A stretch of 62,552 nucleotides of DNA, filler included, from Choristocarpus tenellus KU-1152 (lineage: Eukaryota > Protista > Phaeophyceae), in NCBI GenBank assembly GCA_964200185.2. It is 12 parts of 12 records of this genome, joined end to end, with 100 filler letters (N's around TTAATTAATTAA, not from the genome) between each part and the next. Parts side by side here need not be neighbours in the genome. Positions count along the whole stretch, not along the records: positions 1 to 9,103 come from CAXNAD020003981.1; positions 9,204 to 14,786 come from CAXNAD020010350.1; 10 more parts are not named here. One strand, 5' to 3'. The position numbers and the translations under genes were made by a program. The notes below the pieces were generated by a model. That model ran no database searches. It saw nothing but the letters and a program-made list of their open reading frames with translations, and was not told the origin of the DNA. Position 1 is the stretch's first letter. The number at the start of each line of letters is the position of its first letter. Positions 1-13,488 of the stretch are shown here, one piece after another.

Positions 1-491
1 TTTTTTTTTATATATTATTTTTTTGTTGGGGTGGGATGGGCGATTCGTGTTTTTTTTTCTGGTCGGAGTGCACGATTCGGAACAATTATTTCTCAACTCC
101 AGGAAAAAAAGAAAAAGAAAAGAAGATGTGTCTAATTGTGGTCATCGTACCTGAATCCCCCTGCCCCTCCTCCTCCCCCCATCTATCATGCATTTTGACG
201 CCCCTTGACACGTGTACTCCCGAGATCGTTGATGATTGATCCTCTTTCGCATGAGACCCATGCCCCCCTCCTCAGCACATGCTGAAGAATGTCCTCCTCT
301 ACACATAAAACGATTTTTATGCTCTCAAAGACACACAGGAGTCTGTGGCTCTCACTTGCGACTTGTGTCGTGTACCCCCCTCCGATACCACTACTACCCC
401 GACCCCTCCTGCCACCGCCTACGCACTTAATTCTCAATCCCATCCTTTTGTGTGCGGTTGAACTCCCCGGTGGTCTGGCATTTTACTTCAG

Positions 492-3400
492 GTGATTTTC
501 CACTTGGCAGCACAGGTGTCTAAGTTTGTTGTAGTCGTTACCATGGTGGTCTTATCATTCGCAATGACTCTATTTGCTCTCTTTGGAGAGGGGTCGGTGT
601 TGCTCTCGGAGGATGAGGGTGATACTTCGCTCACGGGGGAGTACGAGGGCATTGATGGTTTCCGCACCTATGGGCGTTCTTGCGTTACTGTGCTTGCGGC
701 TTCAGTGGGCGATCTACAGCTCGAAAGCTACGATGGCATAAGGTGTGTTGGTGTGTCCATGACGTGTATCTTCAGGAGGAGAAAGGGAGGGGAGCGTGGA
801 TAGGTTTTGGGCTATGTAGGTGTGTATGATTTAGTGATGGAAAGGGTTAGGTAGCAGAATAATCCATGTATGTAGACTTTAGTGTAACACTGATATTATT
901 TTAGGTGTTCTAGGTGTTCGAACCGATAGAGGCTTGGAGGGAACGGTGAATGCCTGAGGTGTGCGTTTCTGTACTCTAGGTAGCAGGTCACATTTCCTTC
1001 CTTCTTAACTTGTTTTTTAGTAGCTATAGTTGTAACTGTCGTTTTTGACGTAAGTTGTTGTTCATAGCTGTAGTTGTAACTGTCGTATTTGACGTAAGTA
1101 GTTGTTAATAGCTATAGTTGTAACTGTCGTATTTGACGTAAGTTGTTGTTAATAGCTGTAGTTGTAACTGTCGTATTTGACGTAAGTTGTTGTTAATAGC
1201 TATAGTTGTAACTGTCGTATTTGATGTAAGTTGTTGTTAATAGCTGTAGTTGTAACTGTCGTATTTGACGTAAGTTGTTGTTAATAGCTGTAGTTGTAAC
1301 TGTCATATTTGATGTAAGTTGTTGTTAATAGCTGTAGTTGTAACTATCATATTTGACGTAAGTTGTTATTAATAGCTATAGTTGTAACTGTCGTATTTGA
1401 TGTAAGTTGTTGTTAATGGCTGTTGTTGTTACTGTCCTGTACTAGGATACTCCTGTGACTAATGAACCATATCACCGCCTGGCTACTGCACCCCACCCCT
1501 CTGAAGTTCATCGCATGTTTTGCTGTGATAAAGACGCACAACTGACTATGTTGATCGTACATTGTCAACCCAACCTACCTTCATGCACCACAATGATGAA
1601 TGTGAAGCATGGAGACCTACCTCCCTCTTGGTTGCACCAGTGTGTCAGTCCGACCCTGTTTGAACCAGTCGAGTACCTTTTTTTGTCACTATTTGAACCC
1701 ATGGACTGGTAGCACAGACCGTATTAACCCTCCTGGACAATGACACCTGTGAGATTGTTACTCATTTGTCTGTCTATAGATGTTGCAAGACCCTTATTCT
1801 TGCAGTCTCATGGACTGGGAACACAGACCGTATTAACCCTCCTGGGCAATGACACCTGTGAGATTGTGACTCATTCGTCTGTCTATAGATGTTGCAAGGC
1901 CCTTGTTCTCACAGTCTTATGCTGCTCATGGTGCTCTAATAGTATAAAACTGGTTGATCCGACTCTATAACTGTGTGTACCTTGGTACAAAAATTGTCAA
2001 GAGAGTGATAGAGCAGAAGGGAAAAACGGGAGGACCTGTGTCTGTCTGTGTCCATTTCTTTTGAAATGCTTATGTGGTTGAACCCAGGTCCATGTGTATA
2101 TGTATATATATATGTGTATATATGTGTATATATGTGTATATATGGTATCTAGTGTGTACCAAGGGTTAGTGCTTATGTCCATTATATATATATACATAAA
2201 TATGTGAGTTTGTATTGCAGTAGTTGCAATGGCTGAAAAGCGTAGTCTGACCTACAACTGCAGTCAGTGTCTCAGGTGTCTCATCTTTTGTAAGGAAAAA
2301 CATATCGGTAATTCCAGTTAGAGTATTTTTTGTCTAGTGATGACTCAGTATCTGTATGACACACAGTATAGGTCAGACAGCTAGAGGTGTTTGACAGATG
2401 GAGGTTTGACTGTACGTACTACAACTATATAGTGGGGTGTCTGACATATCAACCACTGGGCACTTCCAAGTCTACAGTAGAGACGAGACTTAATGCACTG
2501 GGCGGCAAAATGCTCTACTAATTGAAGTCATGAATCGTTCCTGACACCAGAGATCCGTCTTCGAGATTACTGCAATAAGGAGAAGGTAGAGTTTGGAACA
2601 TGGGCGGAGCATGCAGACCCATCTATCATCCATGAGGAGTTCATGTCTGGTGCCCAAGTGAAGAAATATTTTTGTATCTTGGTGACTCGGTGATGTTGAG
2701 GAGTTGTTCTCCTTCTGTGTATCTTTATCTCACCCTTGCCAACCGCCTCCCAACTTGTCGATGAATGTCCTTTCGTGGATAATGATTTGGTGTGTGTCAG
2801 GTTTGGAGAGGCCATGTACATACTCTTAGCTCTGTTGCCGATTTTGACTGCCGCGATGTTCGTCAACATTATTGTTGCGTCCTTGACTACCACAAAGGGG
2901 CTTTCCAAGGACCGCCTCCTGAAGGAGTTCCACCTATCCAGGGCAAGGTGGGACGCACATGAGCTGGATTGTTTTTCACTGTGACGGTTTTGGAGTAGAG
3001 ATTTTGTTGGTTTAGTATAGTCCTTCGACGTTACTGGGCCTACTATTGTCAGTTTGTAAGCACAGATCAATAGGTTTCTGAGGATTCCATTCTTTCAATG
3101 CTGTGTACTGCACGATGTCTTCCCTAGTCACAGTGACCAGTTGCAATGCAAGCATGAACTGACTTCACTATTGTGTTCATGGATTCAACAGGGTTGTGGG
3201 GAGAGGGAGATGATGTGGGTTACATGGCTGGGCTTGCTGGGGAAGGTAGAGCTGGTAGTTTTTGTGTGACCTTCCATTGGCACTGACCCAGCTGAATGCA
3301 TCACTTTTAGATTTCTTCTTATGTGCAACCCTGTATGCATCATGTAAGAAGTACACTAACCTGAACTTATGACACAACCCATACACCTAGCACGCGCAGT

Positions 3401-5158
3401 GCCTCCAAGCACCCTTGTCCCTCTATAACCCAGATGTCTCCACAACATTGATATTGAGATAACCCTAACCCTGATTCTGTAGGTATAGATTGCCGTTGTG
3501 GGTCGTTTCTGGATGGTATGTGTTGAACAGAATGCTAAACTCCTTCTGATTGCATTTTCAGGATGCTGCTGCAGTCAGCAGACTCCTGCACGAGGGATCT
3601 CCTCCCTCCTCCATTCAACCTGCTGAAGCACACCTTACAGGGATTAATAGCTTTGCTTTCTTTCCATCCATGCCGGCAGCCTACACCGGACTCTCCCTTT
3701 GAGAAGCCCAGATCTTTTGTTGGACCTATCTCCTTCTGGCTTGTGATGGGATCACTGGGACTATTGGGGGCGTTTTTGATCAACCTGCTGTCACTACCAT
3801 GGTTCATCTGGATCAGGTATGTAGAATTGACGGAGGTTCAACGTCATTGAAGATGAGGTTTGTGCTCTAAGGTTGGTTGCGTCCAATGTGAGGGATGGGT
3901 GGGGGCTGTGATACCCGGCAAGTGATCCCAAAGATGGTGCTTAGTCTCGACTGGTTTCATGGCTTGAAAGCTTCTGAGCTCAGCGAGGGATGGGAAGATC
4001 AATAACCTCAGTCACACCCAACCCCCTGTCTCTGAGCATACTCTGACTCATCTGAGGGGAACGCCTTTATGTATGGGAGAGGAGAGTGATTTCCCAGCTC
4101 TGTTACATGTTCACATTTTTGCGTTTCAACTTCTGTAGGGTCATGGAATTGAATTTCGTGGATTTGTGTCTTTGTACAAAAGAACTTTACTGCTGTCAGC
4201 AACACACACACACACACATGCACACTGATGTTGGGATTTTTTGTTTGATCATTGTTATGTGTGATTAGTATAGAGTGTGGCTAGGAGGCACCACGCATGA
4301 ACCGTGATTGTCACGTAAGCTGGACGTACGAAGGCGTGATTGCTTTTGTGTAGAACGTACGCAAATACCTTCAGGGATCGCTCCAACAAATTTACACCTA
4401 TCGGGGTATTCCTAACTTTGAATCTGTGTCACTCACAGGTGTCCAGAGTTGATTGGTCGTTCCAGAGTGCTTCCATATTATCGTGGTGCTGCCCCACCCT
4501 ATTAGTTCAGTGATCAAGCTTGTGACTCAACGTACCTCCCAACCCAACACGGACCTATATCCCTTCCCCAATACCCAATCTCTGGTTCCATGATGCACTC
4601 ACTATCCAGAGTGAGTCACCTATTAAGCCACCCGAAGGATGCATGTAATGCGTCTATGGATGTGTGCATCACGATTGTGTTGTGTGTGCTGGGCATCCCT
4701 CTGCGCCTGTTCGCCCTGTGGGTGATTGCACTGAGCAAGGTCTGGGTGGGAGATCGGGAGGGGAACACCGTTAGAAAGGCAGCAAGAGATACTGGTGAGA
4801 AATTGGGGGAGTCAGCGGACAGGAGGTTGCAAGTGTTCGTGTTTGTTCCTGAGATCTGGCGTGGGTTAAATGACGGAGATACAGAAAATGTCTGTCCTGC
4901 TTCTGTTGCCCACATCGCCACAGAGTATTGAAAATACAAAGACGATTCTTGGGAGTATTGGTAATGCTAGATTGAGAAAAATAGGGAATGGATAGTGTGA
5001 ATGGAATGCGGGTATAACTCAGAAGGGCTTGTCTGCTGTCTGTATCAATCACGTCCGTGTTTAGTCCATTTACTGGTAACAAAAAAAGGTGATTGCACAG
5101 CTGGAGCTCTCTGTGGCTCAACCTTAGAAGCAGAACACCTACTGTGATAGAATGCCTG

Positions 5159-5193
<35 letters not shown>

Positions 5194-7449
5194 GCCCATT
5201 CTCCTGCTGCCTGACTTAGCACAGGTTTTGACGTAATCTGTGTGGTAAATTGTTCTTTTTTTCTGAGTCAATTTCATTCCCACTTATTTGTGTTCGTATA
5301 CACTAGTGAAGCCCTGTGCAACTGCAATGAGTTAGAGGGGTCTCAAGTCAATGTTTGGAGGGAGTGTTTTTGCAACAAGAATGAAAAAACATTGCGCTTC
5401 CCATGAAATATAACTCAAAAGGTGGCATGCATGCAACGTAGAAGAGATAATGTGTTGCTTTAGAGTTTGGTTGCTATACTCTTCTCACTTGTTGATCATT
5501 TTCATGATCACTCAATGTTCCCAGTTTGTATATTCCCCATACTTGGCTCCTATCAAGGTCAACGTGTTACACAACCAGATATGGACCATCCCCTCGCTCA
5601 AGCAATCTGATGCCTAATTGACTCACTGCATCGGTCCTTTTTCTGTTACCAGGACTTGACTGATAACTGGTGTTATTTTGCTTGCATGCGAAAATGATAG
5701 TTACATCTCGATTCTGTTTCTTGTTTTGCCACTCAGTTTTTCAGGGGAGAGGGGGAGGCGATTTTGACCTGAGCCGTGTCTTATTTCGACACCCTCGATC
5801 TGAGGACTCTCCTGAGGGTCTGACTGTCTCACATCTCAAGCAGAGACTAGAAGATCACCCCCTGCTGGAAGGCGGAGAGGTAAAGACTGAGTATTGCAAG
5901 AACTAGGGTGTTTGTTCTCCTTCACAGCTACCCATTCAAGTGTGCTGGATCTCTTTCCCTTCCCATAGCCCTACACGATTGTCAGGATGGTACTGGTCTG
6001 TCTCGTTTCCGCCTGTGTGAGTCACAATGCAGTTGCTCTCCTTTGTTGTGGACTCCTGTTGTGGACTGCTGTGTTCATATTTGTATGCATGATTTCCCTT
6101 TTCTGATTAGGTTTTCTGAGTTACCACAAGTCATGTATCCTAAATCTATCCAAGTTTGCATCCCTCTCACTCCTCACGGCTGGTCCCTCCTGGTCATTCA
6201 GTCCCAAACTTTTGTTTTGATTCCTTCTGCCTCATTGAGACTGGGACGTTTTGCTTTGGCATGCGATTGTGACTATGGGGTGCCCGGCAATTTTGCTCTC
6301 AAGTTTGACTACCACATCAAACTTTCTATCAGTTGTGAGGCTCAAGGAGTTGTAACAGAGGGGGTAGTCAATACACTGACTGCAGCAAATAGTTTGCCTT
6401 GGTGCTGAGTATTACTTAATGAGAAGAATGATAGACCTCTATCCGTTAAAGGTACAACCAAACCATTTACTGTAGCTCCTGAGCACACACACGCCAACTA
6501 GAAACCCTAGGTTTCTAGCTGTATACCCCAGATACCTCTGAACCCTCTCGTGCTGATGTTCTCACTGTTGTGGTTCTTTCTGTGTGCGGACATTCACGTC
6601 TGCAGATGCTTCCAAGAAATCTGGACAACCCATGCACCCTCCGACATTTTCAGCTTCTGGCAAAGGTGAGCTTTTCCTAGTCCACAAAGTATGGAGTACA
6701 ACCGTACTCACATAGTTTTTAGTAATTGATGTTTGTCCCCATGCAGCGTTTGACAAACTACAAGGGTGCTGCAAAGGACATAGACCTGAACTTGAGAACT
6801 TCCTTTGATGCCTTCAACTTTCTATTGCTCCCGGGGGTTTTTTGTGTGTGTTTGGTAAGTTTGTATGGAATTAATATGGTACAAGCATGAAGTACAACAT
6901 AAGAATTGTCATTTCTATGTTGCCACCACACACCCTATATTTTCTGTAATAGTCAAAATCAATAATGTGAACAGTGGAATATAAGCTACTGACCTCTTGA
7001 AATTTGCTGTGTGATGAACACCTAATGCACTCTCAACACACCAACCAAGTGTTTGGAAAACCCACCTATTGAAGGACTTCCATGTCTGCATGTGTTATTC
7101 TAATACTTCGTATACAACAAGAACATCAATACATTCGTTGGAGGATCAGTACCTAGAGTTGTGTTCTTTATCCTGCTCCTCTGTGCTCAGTCTTTCAAAT
7201 ACCTGGATGCAGGCTATTGTAGAGTTGTATGCATTGACATGTGTGGATCTCTGTCCAATCACTATATCCAAATAGTAACCTCTGATCGTTCACCCGAATG
7301 CGTCTACGTTCCCACAGTCAACTCGTGATGCAGAATTACGGGTGGTCAAGCACCTCAATGCGCTTGAGAGGTCAATTTCTGAGACTCTTAGACATCTGGA
7401 TGAGGGTAGGGATACTCAAGAACCTGGAGTGGTGACCAGATCCGCTTGA
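492..7449 (+). CDS. TRP-family cation channel, 3' part (S5-pore-S6, TRP box, C-terminus); exons 492-742, 2801-2947, 3562-3816, 4610-4739, 5745-5879, 6606-6665, 7318-7449
   Basis: All seven exons have AG/GT borders and join in compatible phase, ending at TGA 7447-7449. Translation gives S5 (KFVVVVTMVVLSFAMTLFALF), pore helix (GFRTYGRSCVTVLAASVGD), S6 (ILTAAMFVNIIVASLTTT), TRP helix (EFHLSRAR) and LPPPFNLL, the proline motif typical of TRPC/TRPM/TRPN/TRPY. The 5' exons lie upstream of the window. Confidence 0.8.
1021..1436. repeat. 44-bp minisatellite, ~9.5 copies (TAGCTRTAGTTGTAACTGTCGTATTTGAYGTAAGTTGTTGTTAA), intronic
   Basis: Units start at 1021, 1065, 1109, 1153, 1197, 1241, 1285, 1329, 1373 and 1417. 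They are head-to-tail with no spacers. Confidence 0.95.
1699..1910. repeat. ~109-bp tandem duplication
   Basis: catggactgg..cacagaccgtattaaccctcctgg..caatgacacctgtgagattgt..tctatagatgttgcaag occurs twice in tandem. Confidence 0.9.
2450..2690 (+). mobile_element. Decayed Tc1/mariner-like transposase N-terminal remnant in a TRP intron
   Basis: Broken reading LGTSKSTVETRLNALGGK...IRLRDYC resembles the mariner HTH (LGvSkSTV..rL..lG) and following linker. It has stops and frameshifts and is out of phase with the TRP exons. Confidence 0.3.
5161..5190. repeat. (CT)n microsatellite
   Basis: Direct reading. Confidence 0.95.
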
Positions 7450-9103
7450 AGTCTTGAATGTATTGCTTGTTGTGTGTGTTTGGTGTCGATTTTTGTAAGT
7501 TTTGTGGAGAGGCAGTCCATGTTGTTTGTTTGTTTTGTGTGCGTGTGTGGGAGAGTGGCAGCTATAATGGAGTTGACCACCGCCGGTGGCATAAATCGTA
7601 TTTGCGCGTTTATTTTATTTGCCACTGTTGTTGTGCCCTCTGTGTTACGCTAGCATGCTACTGGAACCAAGTATGCTGAAGTTTATGCCCTACATGCAGG
7701 AAAGGAGATTGATTGGGTTGATGAGATGATGTCTTTGACGACATCAATTTTTTTACGTTTATTTATTGCTGTTTTAAAATCCGGAAGATGTGTATGCTTT
7801 GGATGCATCGCTCTGTTGCTTGTTGTCGATATTCGGAGTCTGTGATAGATGGCTTTGGTTTAGAAGTGTGCACATTTCTTTTTACTCATTACATGTTAAG
7901 TTAAGATTGTGGTCGTAGGTGCTCTCCCGTGTAGTTGTGGTGCGATGATAGTGATAAGAACTTTTTTATGCACATGATTACATAGACCCATCCCCATTTT
8001 GGCAGTGGAGTTAAAATAGTCCCATTTGGTTGCAATGTTCTCAACCACAGTTGCTAGATTCGTATTATGTGCCTATTTTCCAAAGTTGTTACCTTTTGTT
8101 GTGGAGTTCTTTTTCACAGACACCATTGTCCCATGGGAGCATATTGTTTGGCTCCTGTGGCAACGCTTTCTAGGGTGACGTTTTCTTCAATCTCCATTCT
8201 TTACGGCGCTGCATTCAGTAGTGTCTTGTAGGTTCCTAGTCAGCACTGAAGATAGCCTGTATTAAAACACTCGATGGGACAAGAGAGTTTGTATTGCAGC
8301 TATCCCTAGCTGTTTTGTCCCTAGTGATGATGTTGAGTCAGTTTAGCTTCACTGCATTTTTTACTGTGTGTGTAAAATACCTCCATCTTTGGGAGGAGAA
8401 GCAATCGCGATAGTAATATTATGTTAGTAAATCCTCATGGCTGCCGTGTCTATGGCAGCAATTGTAATCCAATATGGTGCTGCCGACAATGCAGGAACTG
8501 TTTTGCCCCTCTTGGTACGGAATGCTCAAAGGTGCATGTTGATACTGGGTCAATATGATTTATTGGAAGTACTGGTGGTTACAGGTACTTCGATTTATTT
8601 TGGAAGTAGGTGCCGTATGACTTGCAAAGAGCTGTAGAGCTGCAGTGAGAGGCAAGACATATGAAGGGTAGTCTGGGCAGAGCAAATATTGTCGAGACTG
8701 GTTCTTAACAGCTGATCACCAAAATCGAGGATGGAGCATACTATGGAGGTTGGGTTTGACCCAAAATGATGCGCGGAAAGTGCCCATATATATTTTTTTG
8801 TAAATATTGCGGCACTTTTTAAGGTCCCCTTTTTCAACGAGATATATTTTTGTTCAAAAATATTTTGGTGCTTGTGGAGGGCACCGTTACAATTTGGAAG
8901 CGACCTCAACCAAGCTAATGGTAAAAGGACAGACGGGCCCCCCGGGGGGGAGCCGGTAACGGATTCGGCATGCTTATATGTATGGTGCACTACATATTGT
9001 ATTATATAATACATTACATACGTCTTCTTCCACTAGTTATAAATATTTTTTAAAGGGTGATGTGGTTTGTATAAGAAAGGGATAGATAGGTCACATCCAC
9101 CAA

Positions 9104-9203
9104 NNNNNNNNNNNNNNNNNNNNNNNNNNNNNNNNNNNNNNNNNNNNTTAATTAATTAANNNNNNNNNNNNNNNNNNNNNNNNNNNNNNNNNNNNNNNNN
9201 NNN
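9104..9203. other. Artificial 100-bp contig linker (N44-TTAATTAATTAA-N44); also at 14787, 19536, 24570, 28325, 31359, 34171, 37402, 41253, 46851 and 51740
   Basis: All 11 sites have the same length and the same six-frame stop 12-mer. Confidence 0.98.
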
Positions 9204-9210
9204 CCCCCAG

Positions 9211-11323
9211 ACAAGATGTTTGTGTACAACTACTGTCCTCTAACGTTCATGACCACCAGCGGAAGTAACATCACTCCAGACCGGTGGGTTATGAAGCTCT
9301 TCTATGAACATGTGGTTCGTCCTTTCTAACCCTAACCCTTTTTATTGCCTTTCGTATTCTTTCGTGTAACCCTAACCCTAACCCTATCACCTCTCATGGA
9401 CACTGCAACACAGAGATACATAGCGTGTCACTTGAATTATCTCTGTATACAAAGACATAGATACATCCGCGGTGTGCCCTTCATCGCAGCGCTGGCCCAA
9501 AGCTCTTCATGAGAAGTCCTTGTGATAGTGCCTAACTAGTGCACCTAGTAGTGCCGTTTGATATTTACACGTAGAGCAAGCAATAATGGAGATTTAGGCT
9601 CCTGTTACCTCCCCTGCTTATCCAGTTTTTGTATGTTGTTGTTTGTGTAAACAGTGTGGAATATCCAATGTGGGTGTGTGTCCTGGAGTTGATAGTACCT
9701 TCATCTGCGTCTGCTTCTGTACCCCCTTCTCTTCCTTCAAAAGTTTGGGGTTCGCATCCTGAGCCCTGCTCATTGTTCATGTTACAAACGTACCTGTTAG
9801 CTCAGTCTATGACAGTGCATTGAAACATGGAGCATATAATACGGTCTGGTTGAGAGTGGACCTTGTGAACCAGTTATGCAACACTCATCTCTTTTTCCAG
9901 CAAAGTCGTACCAAATTCACCATCTAAAGTGATACATCTTATTTTCCTCTCTATTTATCGCTTTCTGATCTGGTAACGGATGTTTCTTATTGTAAGGCTG
10001 GCCCCTGAAGAGCGTGAGTTGCTGGACCAAGCCTGTGGGAAGGCCTTGGTGGGCATGATATCTGCCCTCGAGCCCTCAGTGGTTGTTGCTGTGGGAAACT
10101 TTAGCAGGGGAAAGTGTGAAAAGGTATCCAAGATGTGAACATACAAAAAGTCGTGGAGGTGTATGTACGACGTGATGTCTTGACGCATGAGGAGAATGTG
10201 ACAGACGCCTAATCAATGATGCACAAAAGGCCTCATCACCACCTTCGTATATCAGCTCCAACAAAAAAAAGTTCCCCTCCTAGGGTAGCTTTGCTCTCCC
10301 ACAAGAAATTTGCTGTGCCCATGTCCTACTCTGAAGTAGTATTGCACACTGCTGAGAATAGTATATACCCTCTGGATAATCAGTGCACAATTCTGCGTGG
10401 TGTCCTCTTGAGTGAGGTACGATTTGCAACTGAAATTTTCACATGAGGGACAATAGGACCAAAAGCTATAGTTCAACAGGGGATGAGGGGGGGACTGCAA
10501 GAGCTTCTGGGACACCCTGCCATTCTTGTTCCTCTGGTATAATATGTACCATACTGCTACTTAATTTGGGGTGGGATAGGGTACATGCCGACAGATGGTT
10601 TTGATTACCCACCCCTACCCCAAGCCCCTGAGGCTGTCTGTTGCCGAGGGCAAGAGGGATATGACCTGTGTTTTTAGGGAACAAGGACAACTGATGGACC
10701 TTCCTTCTTACCCATTGCACAGGTTTGGGCTAGTGCCCACCCAGGAGATTTTTGCATACCCCTGCAGGCTGTTTTTGACATATCCATCTTGCCCTCGTTT
10801 TTTTCATGCCCATGATCAGTTCACCTTGTGTTTTAATAGTATATGGTTTGCCAAATATCAGAGTATTAAACAGCGAGAGGTATTCTTCTACAAGCAAGAG
10901 TTACATGATTTTGAATTTCCTGGTTGCCACATTCATTCTTTAGGTCTGCAACCTATAGGAGAGACTTCTATACCCTCTCATTCTTGACTTGGCTCCATCC
11001 CTAGTAGTCTTCGGATATCTACCTGCCATACTTCGTGATGCTACTTTCCAACATCGATGCCCCACTTAAAGCACATAATGTTCCTCCAAAATGTTGATAC
11101 CAACCACCCTTACCCACACACTGTCTTGATTCGTATGTGCATATGTTAGGCTGTAGAGGAGCTGGGCACCTCTGTGGGGACCCTCCAGGTTGTAACCGTC
11201 AATCACCCTAGTCCTGCGAGCCCCTCTGGGTCGAGGTGGATAGAAGCAACATGCCTGAATGACCTGGTTCTGGCCAGCAGCAAAGCCAAGGAGATCGATG
11301 CTTTTCTCAACAATGAACGGTAG
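9211..11323 (+). CDS. SMUG1: SMUG1 (family 3) uracil-DNA glycosylase, 3' part; exons 9211-9283, 9997-10123, 11150-11323
   Basis: Spliced product MFVYNYCPLTFMTTSGSNITPDRLAPEERELLDQACGKALVGMISALEPSVVVAVGNFSRGKCEKAVEE...VNHPSPASPSGSRW...* carries the SMUG1 NYCPL, GxNxTP, VxVG and HPSP motifs. Exon phases are compatible. The 5' exons are cut off by the linker. Confidence 0.88.
9327..9385. repeat. Short interstitial telomere-like (CCCTAA)n runs (also 3460-3472)
   Basis: Runs of 2-3 units, e.g. taaccctaaccctaaccct. Confidence 0.6.
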
Positions 11324-11667
11324 CTGTTGGTGATGGTGATCAAAAGTGTGTTTAAGTGTGGCATTAGAACTGATATCGACAGTGCAAAGAGTTTGAGTGA
11401 AGCATTAAAGGTGGAGGATGTAGTGGACATGCCACTTGCTGGGATGGCTGGTATTGGAGTGAACAAATATCCTATTTGGCTAGTCCTAGATGTGATGCAA
11501 TAGTTGAGTTTGGCGATTATACTTGCATTTTTCACACGGGTGAGTGGTTGAAGAGATGTGCGCAACCAGCCTTTGATGCCTCTCGCGGTGTCATGCATTG
11601 TGTGGTACAGTGCGCAATTGGGTGTTCCCCCCTAAGACACACCATTACATGGAACAATATGCACTCC

Positions 11668-11924
11668 GAGTGGATGTATCTTAGAAGGTACGAGTTTTTC
11701 CCTGTTTGTCCATTTGGGACTTGGCTTCCCATGGGGTTTTTAATGACATTCACCTACTCCGAAATGTATAGGAGAAGGTAAATGTATACTTTATGAAAAG
11801 ATGTGTCCAAAACATGGATATTGACACTTACTAACAAACACGATAGTCACTATTTCATCAAAATCGCAACATTGGATTTGGCCCCCAAATGGACGCGGCT
11901 CTCCCCTCTAAGATACTTTGACTC
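11668..11924. mobile_element. MITE family A (~257 bp; TIR GAGTSAAAGTATCTTAGAGGGTA), TSD CTCC
   Basis: Terminal inverted repeats, CTCC on both flanks, and homology to copies at 19799, 23618, 35262, 36309 and 62012. Confidence 0.88.
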
Positions 11925-13454
11925 CTCCAGGGTAATCTAGTAGCAAGTAGTAGTGAGTACCGCTTTTGTTTATGTTTTATATTTGTTGCACTTGGAGCAA
12001 AAATGAGAGTATTCAAGCATTGGCCTCTTTTTGCTGTCTCCCCCCGACCAAGACAGTCCTATTTTTGTAGAGTGTAAAAGGCTCTGGGTGTGGGAGTGTT
12101 TGCATGCCCTGCTTTTGCCACTATGCAATGTGATAGAGGAGGTAAGGGAGTAACATATCATTGAACATATATGCATGTAATCAGTTAGAAATATCTTCTT
12201 TGATAGAGCTTTTTTACCCTTCAATACCTTCTATGACTAGAGCTTATGAAACTACCTAAGGGTGTATGGCATTATAGCCCGTTTGTTCTGTTGGACCTTG
12301 ACAACAAATCGCATGCCACTTCTCACCTGGCAGCTACTGGAGCTAATGTATGGTCCCTCACATATGGATTACAAATCATGGACAAGATACTACAATAGAG
12401 GACGAAGAAGGAGAGCTTCTGAGATGCACGCTTCAAATAGATAACTGTCGTGTTATAAATTTGTACATGAGAATAGTAGGCATCCCTTTTCGGATATCGG
12501 TGTAATTCAATTTAGGTTAGTAGCTCTACTTCTTATTGATACTTGCCAGCAGCAGGACATACTCTGAAGGCCCTGCTTGTGTGTGCTAACTCCGTCCCTA
12601 CCTTCAATTCTTTGGTTTGCGAAGGCTGACATGAATGTGGTAATTGTGGCTATAGATATTTACTTCTAGTCCTGCCGTGCATGAAGCAAACTAAACTATT
12701 TCTGTGATAGGATGGATGCCTCAGAGGTGTGTCTATGAGATGTTTATCGGCATTGAAACTGTCCTCTCCCTCACATATTCTCTACTCGTTGATACCATGG
12801 CCTCATGTGTAGGCTGTGAAGGGGTCCTCACCGAAACAGTCTATTGTAGTTCCCTCAAGTCTAGTCTCTCCTGCATTGTTTTGGCCAAGCATGTAGGCAG
12901 GAGGAGAGTATTGAAGTCTCAGCAATTTCAAACCAGTCCCTGCATATATTACACCTTTGCAATGGCAATACTAAGTTGCAAGCACGAAATGCTGATGTGA
13001 AATCCCCTGCTCCCAGCATTTTAAATTACTTGTAGTTTAGTTTCAAGAATTTTCAATTGCAAATTCTAGAATAGATTCATGTGATGCTCAACATAATAAT
13101 CTGTGTTGACAGTAGTAGTAGCTTTCTGCATCAAATAATAACAAATTATGATGTTCTTCTCAATCACAAAAAAGATAGACAAGAGAACCATGCGTTTGTG
13201 CCACTAGTACTCTTCAATGTTTCCATGGAAAATGATCATTCATTCTTCTTACCTTTGTAAACTTTAAAGCAGCAAATTTAGGGCTCTACAGCTGAAGGAA
13301 GATGTTATGCACCATGTGACAGTAGGGCTGCTACTGTGGTACCTACACCACTGACACATGAAGGGACACACCTCAAATTGATCATCAGTCTACCTCAAGT
13401 GAGAGCACAGGCCAGGAAAATTGCCACCAACAAAGCCTGGCACAAGTACACATT

Positions 13455-13458
<4 letters not shown>

Positions 13459-13484
<26 letters not shown>
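13459..13484. repeat. (TA)n microsatellite
   Basis: Direct reading. Confidence 0.9.

Positions 13485-13488
<4 letters not shown>

Noticed and set aside
1021-1436. CRISPR array
   Set aside because: The units are head-to-tail with no unique spacers, lie in a eukaryotic intron, and no cas genes are present.
3460-9385. Chromosome end signalled by CCCTAA repeats
   Set aside because: Only 2-3 units, and they lie inside introns.
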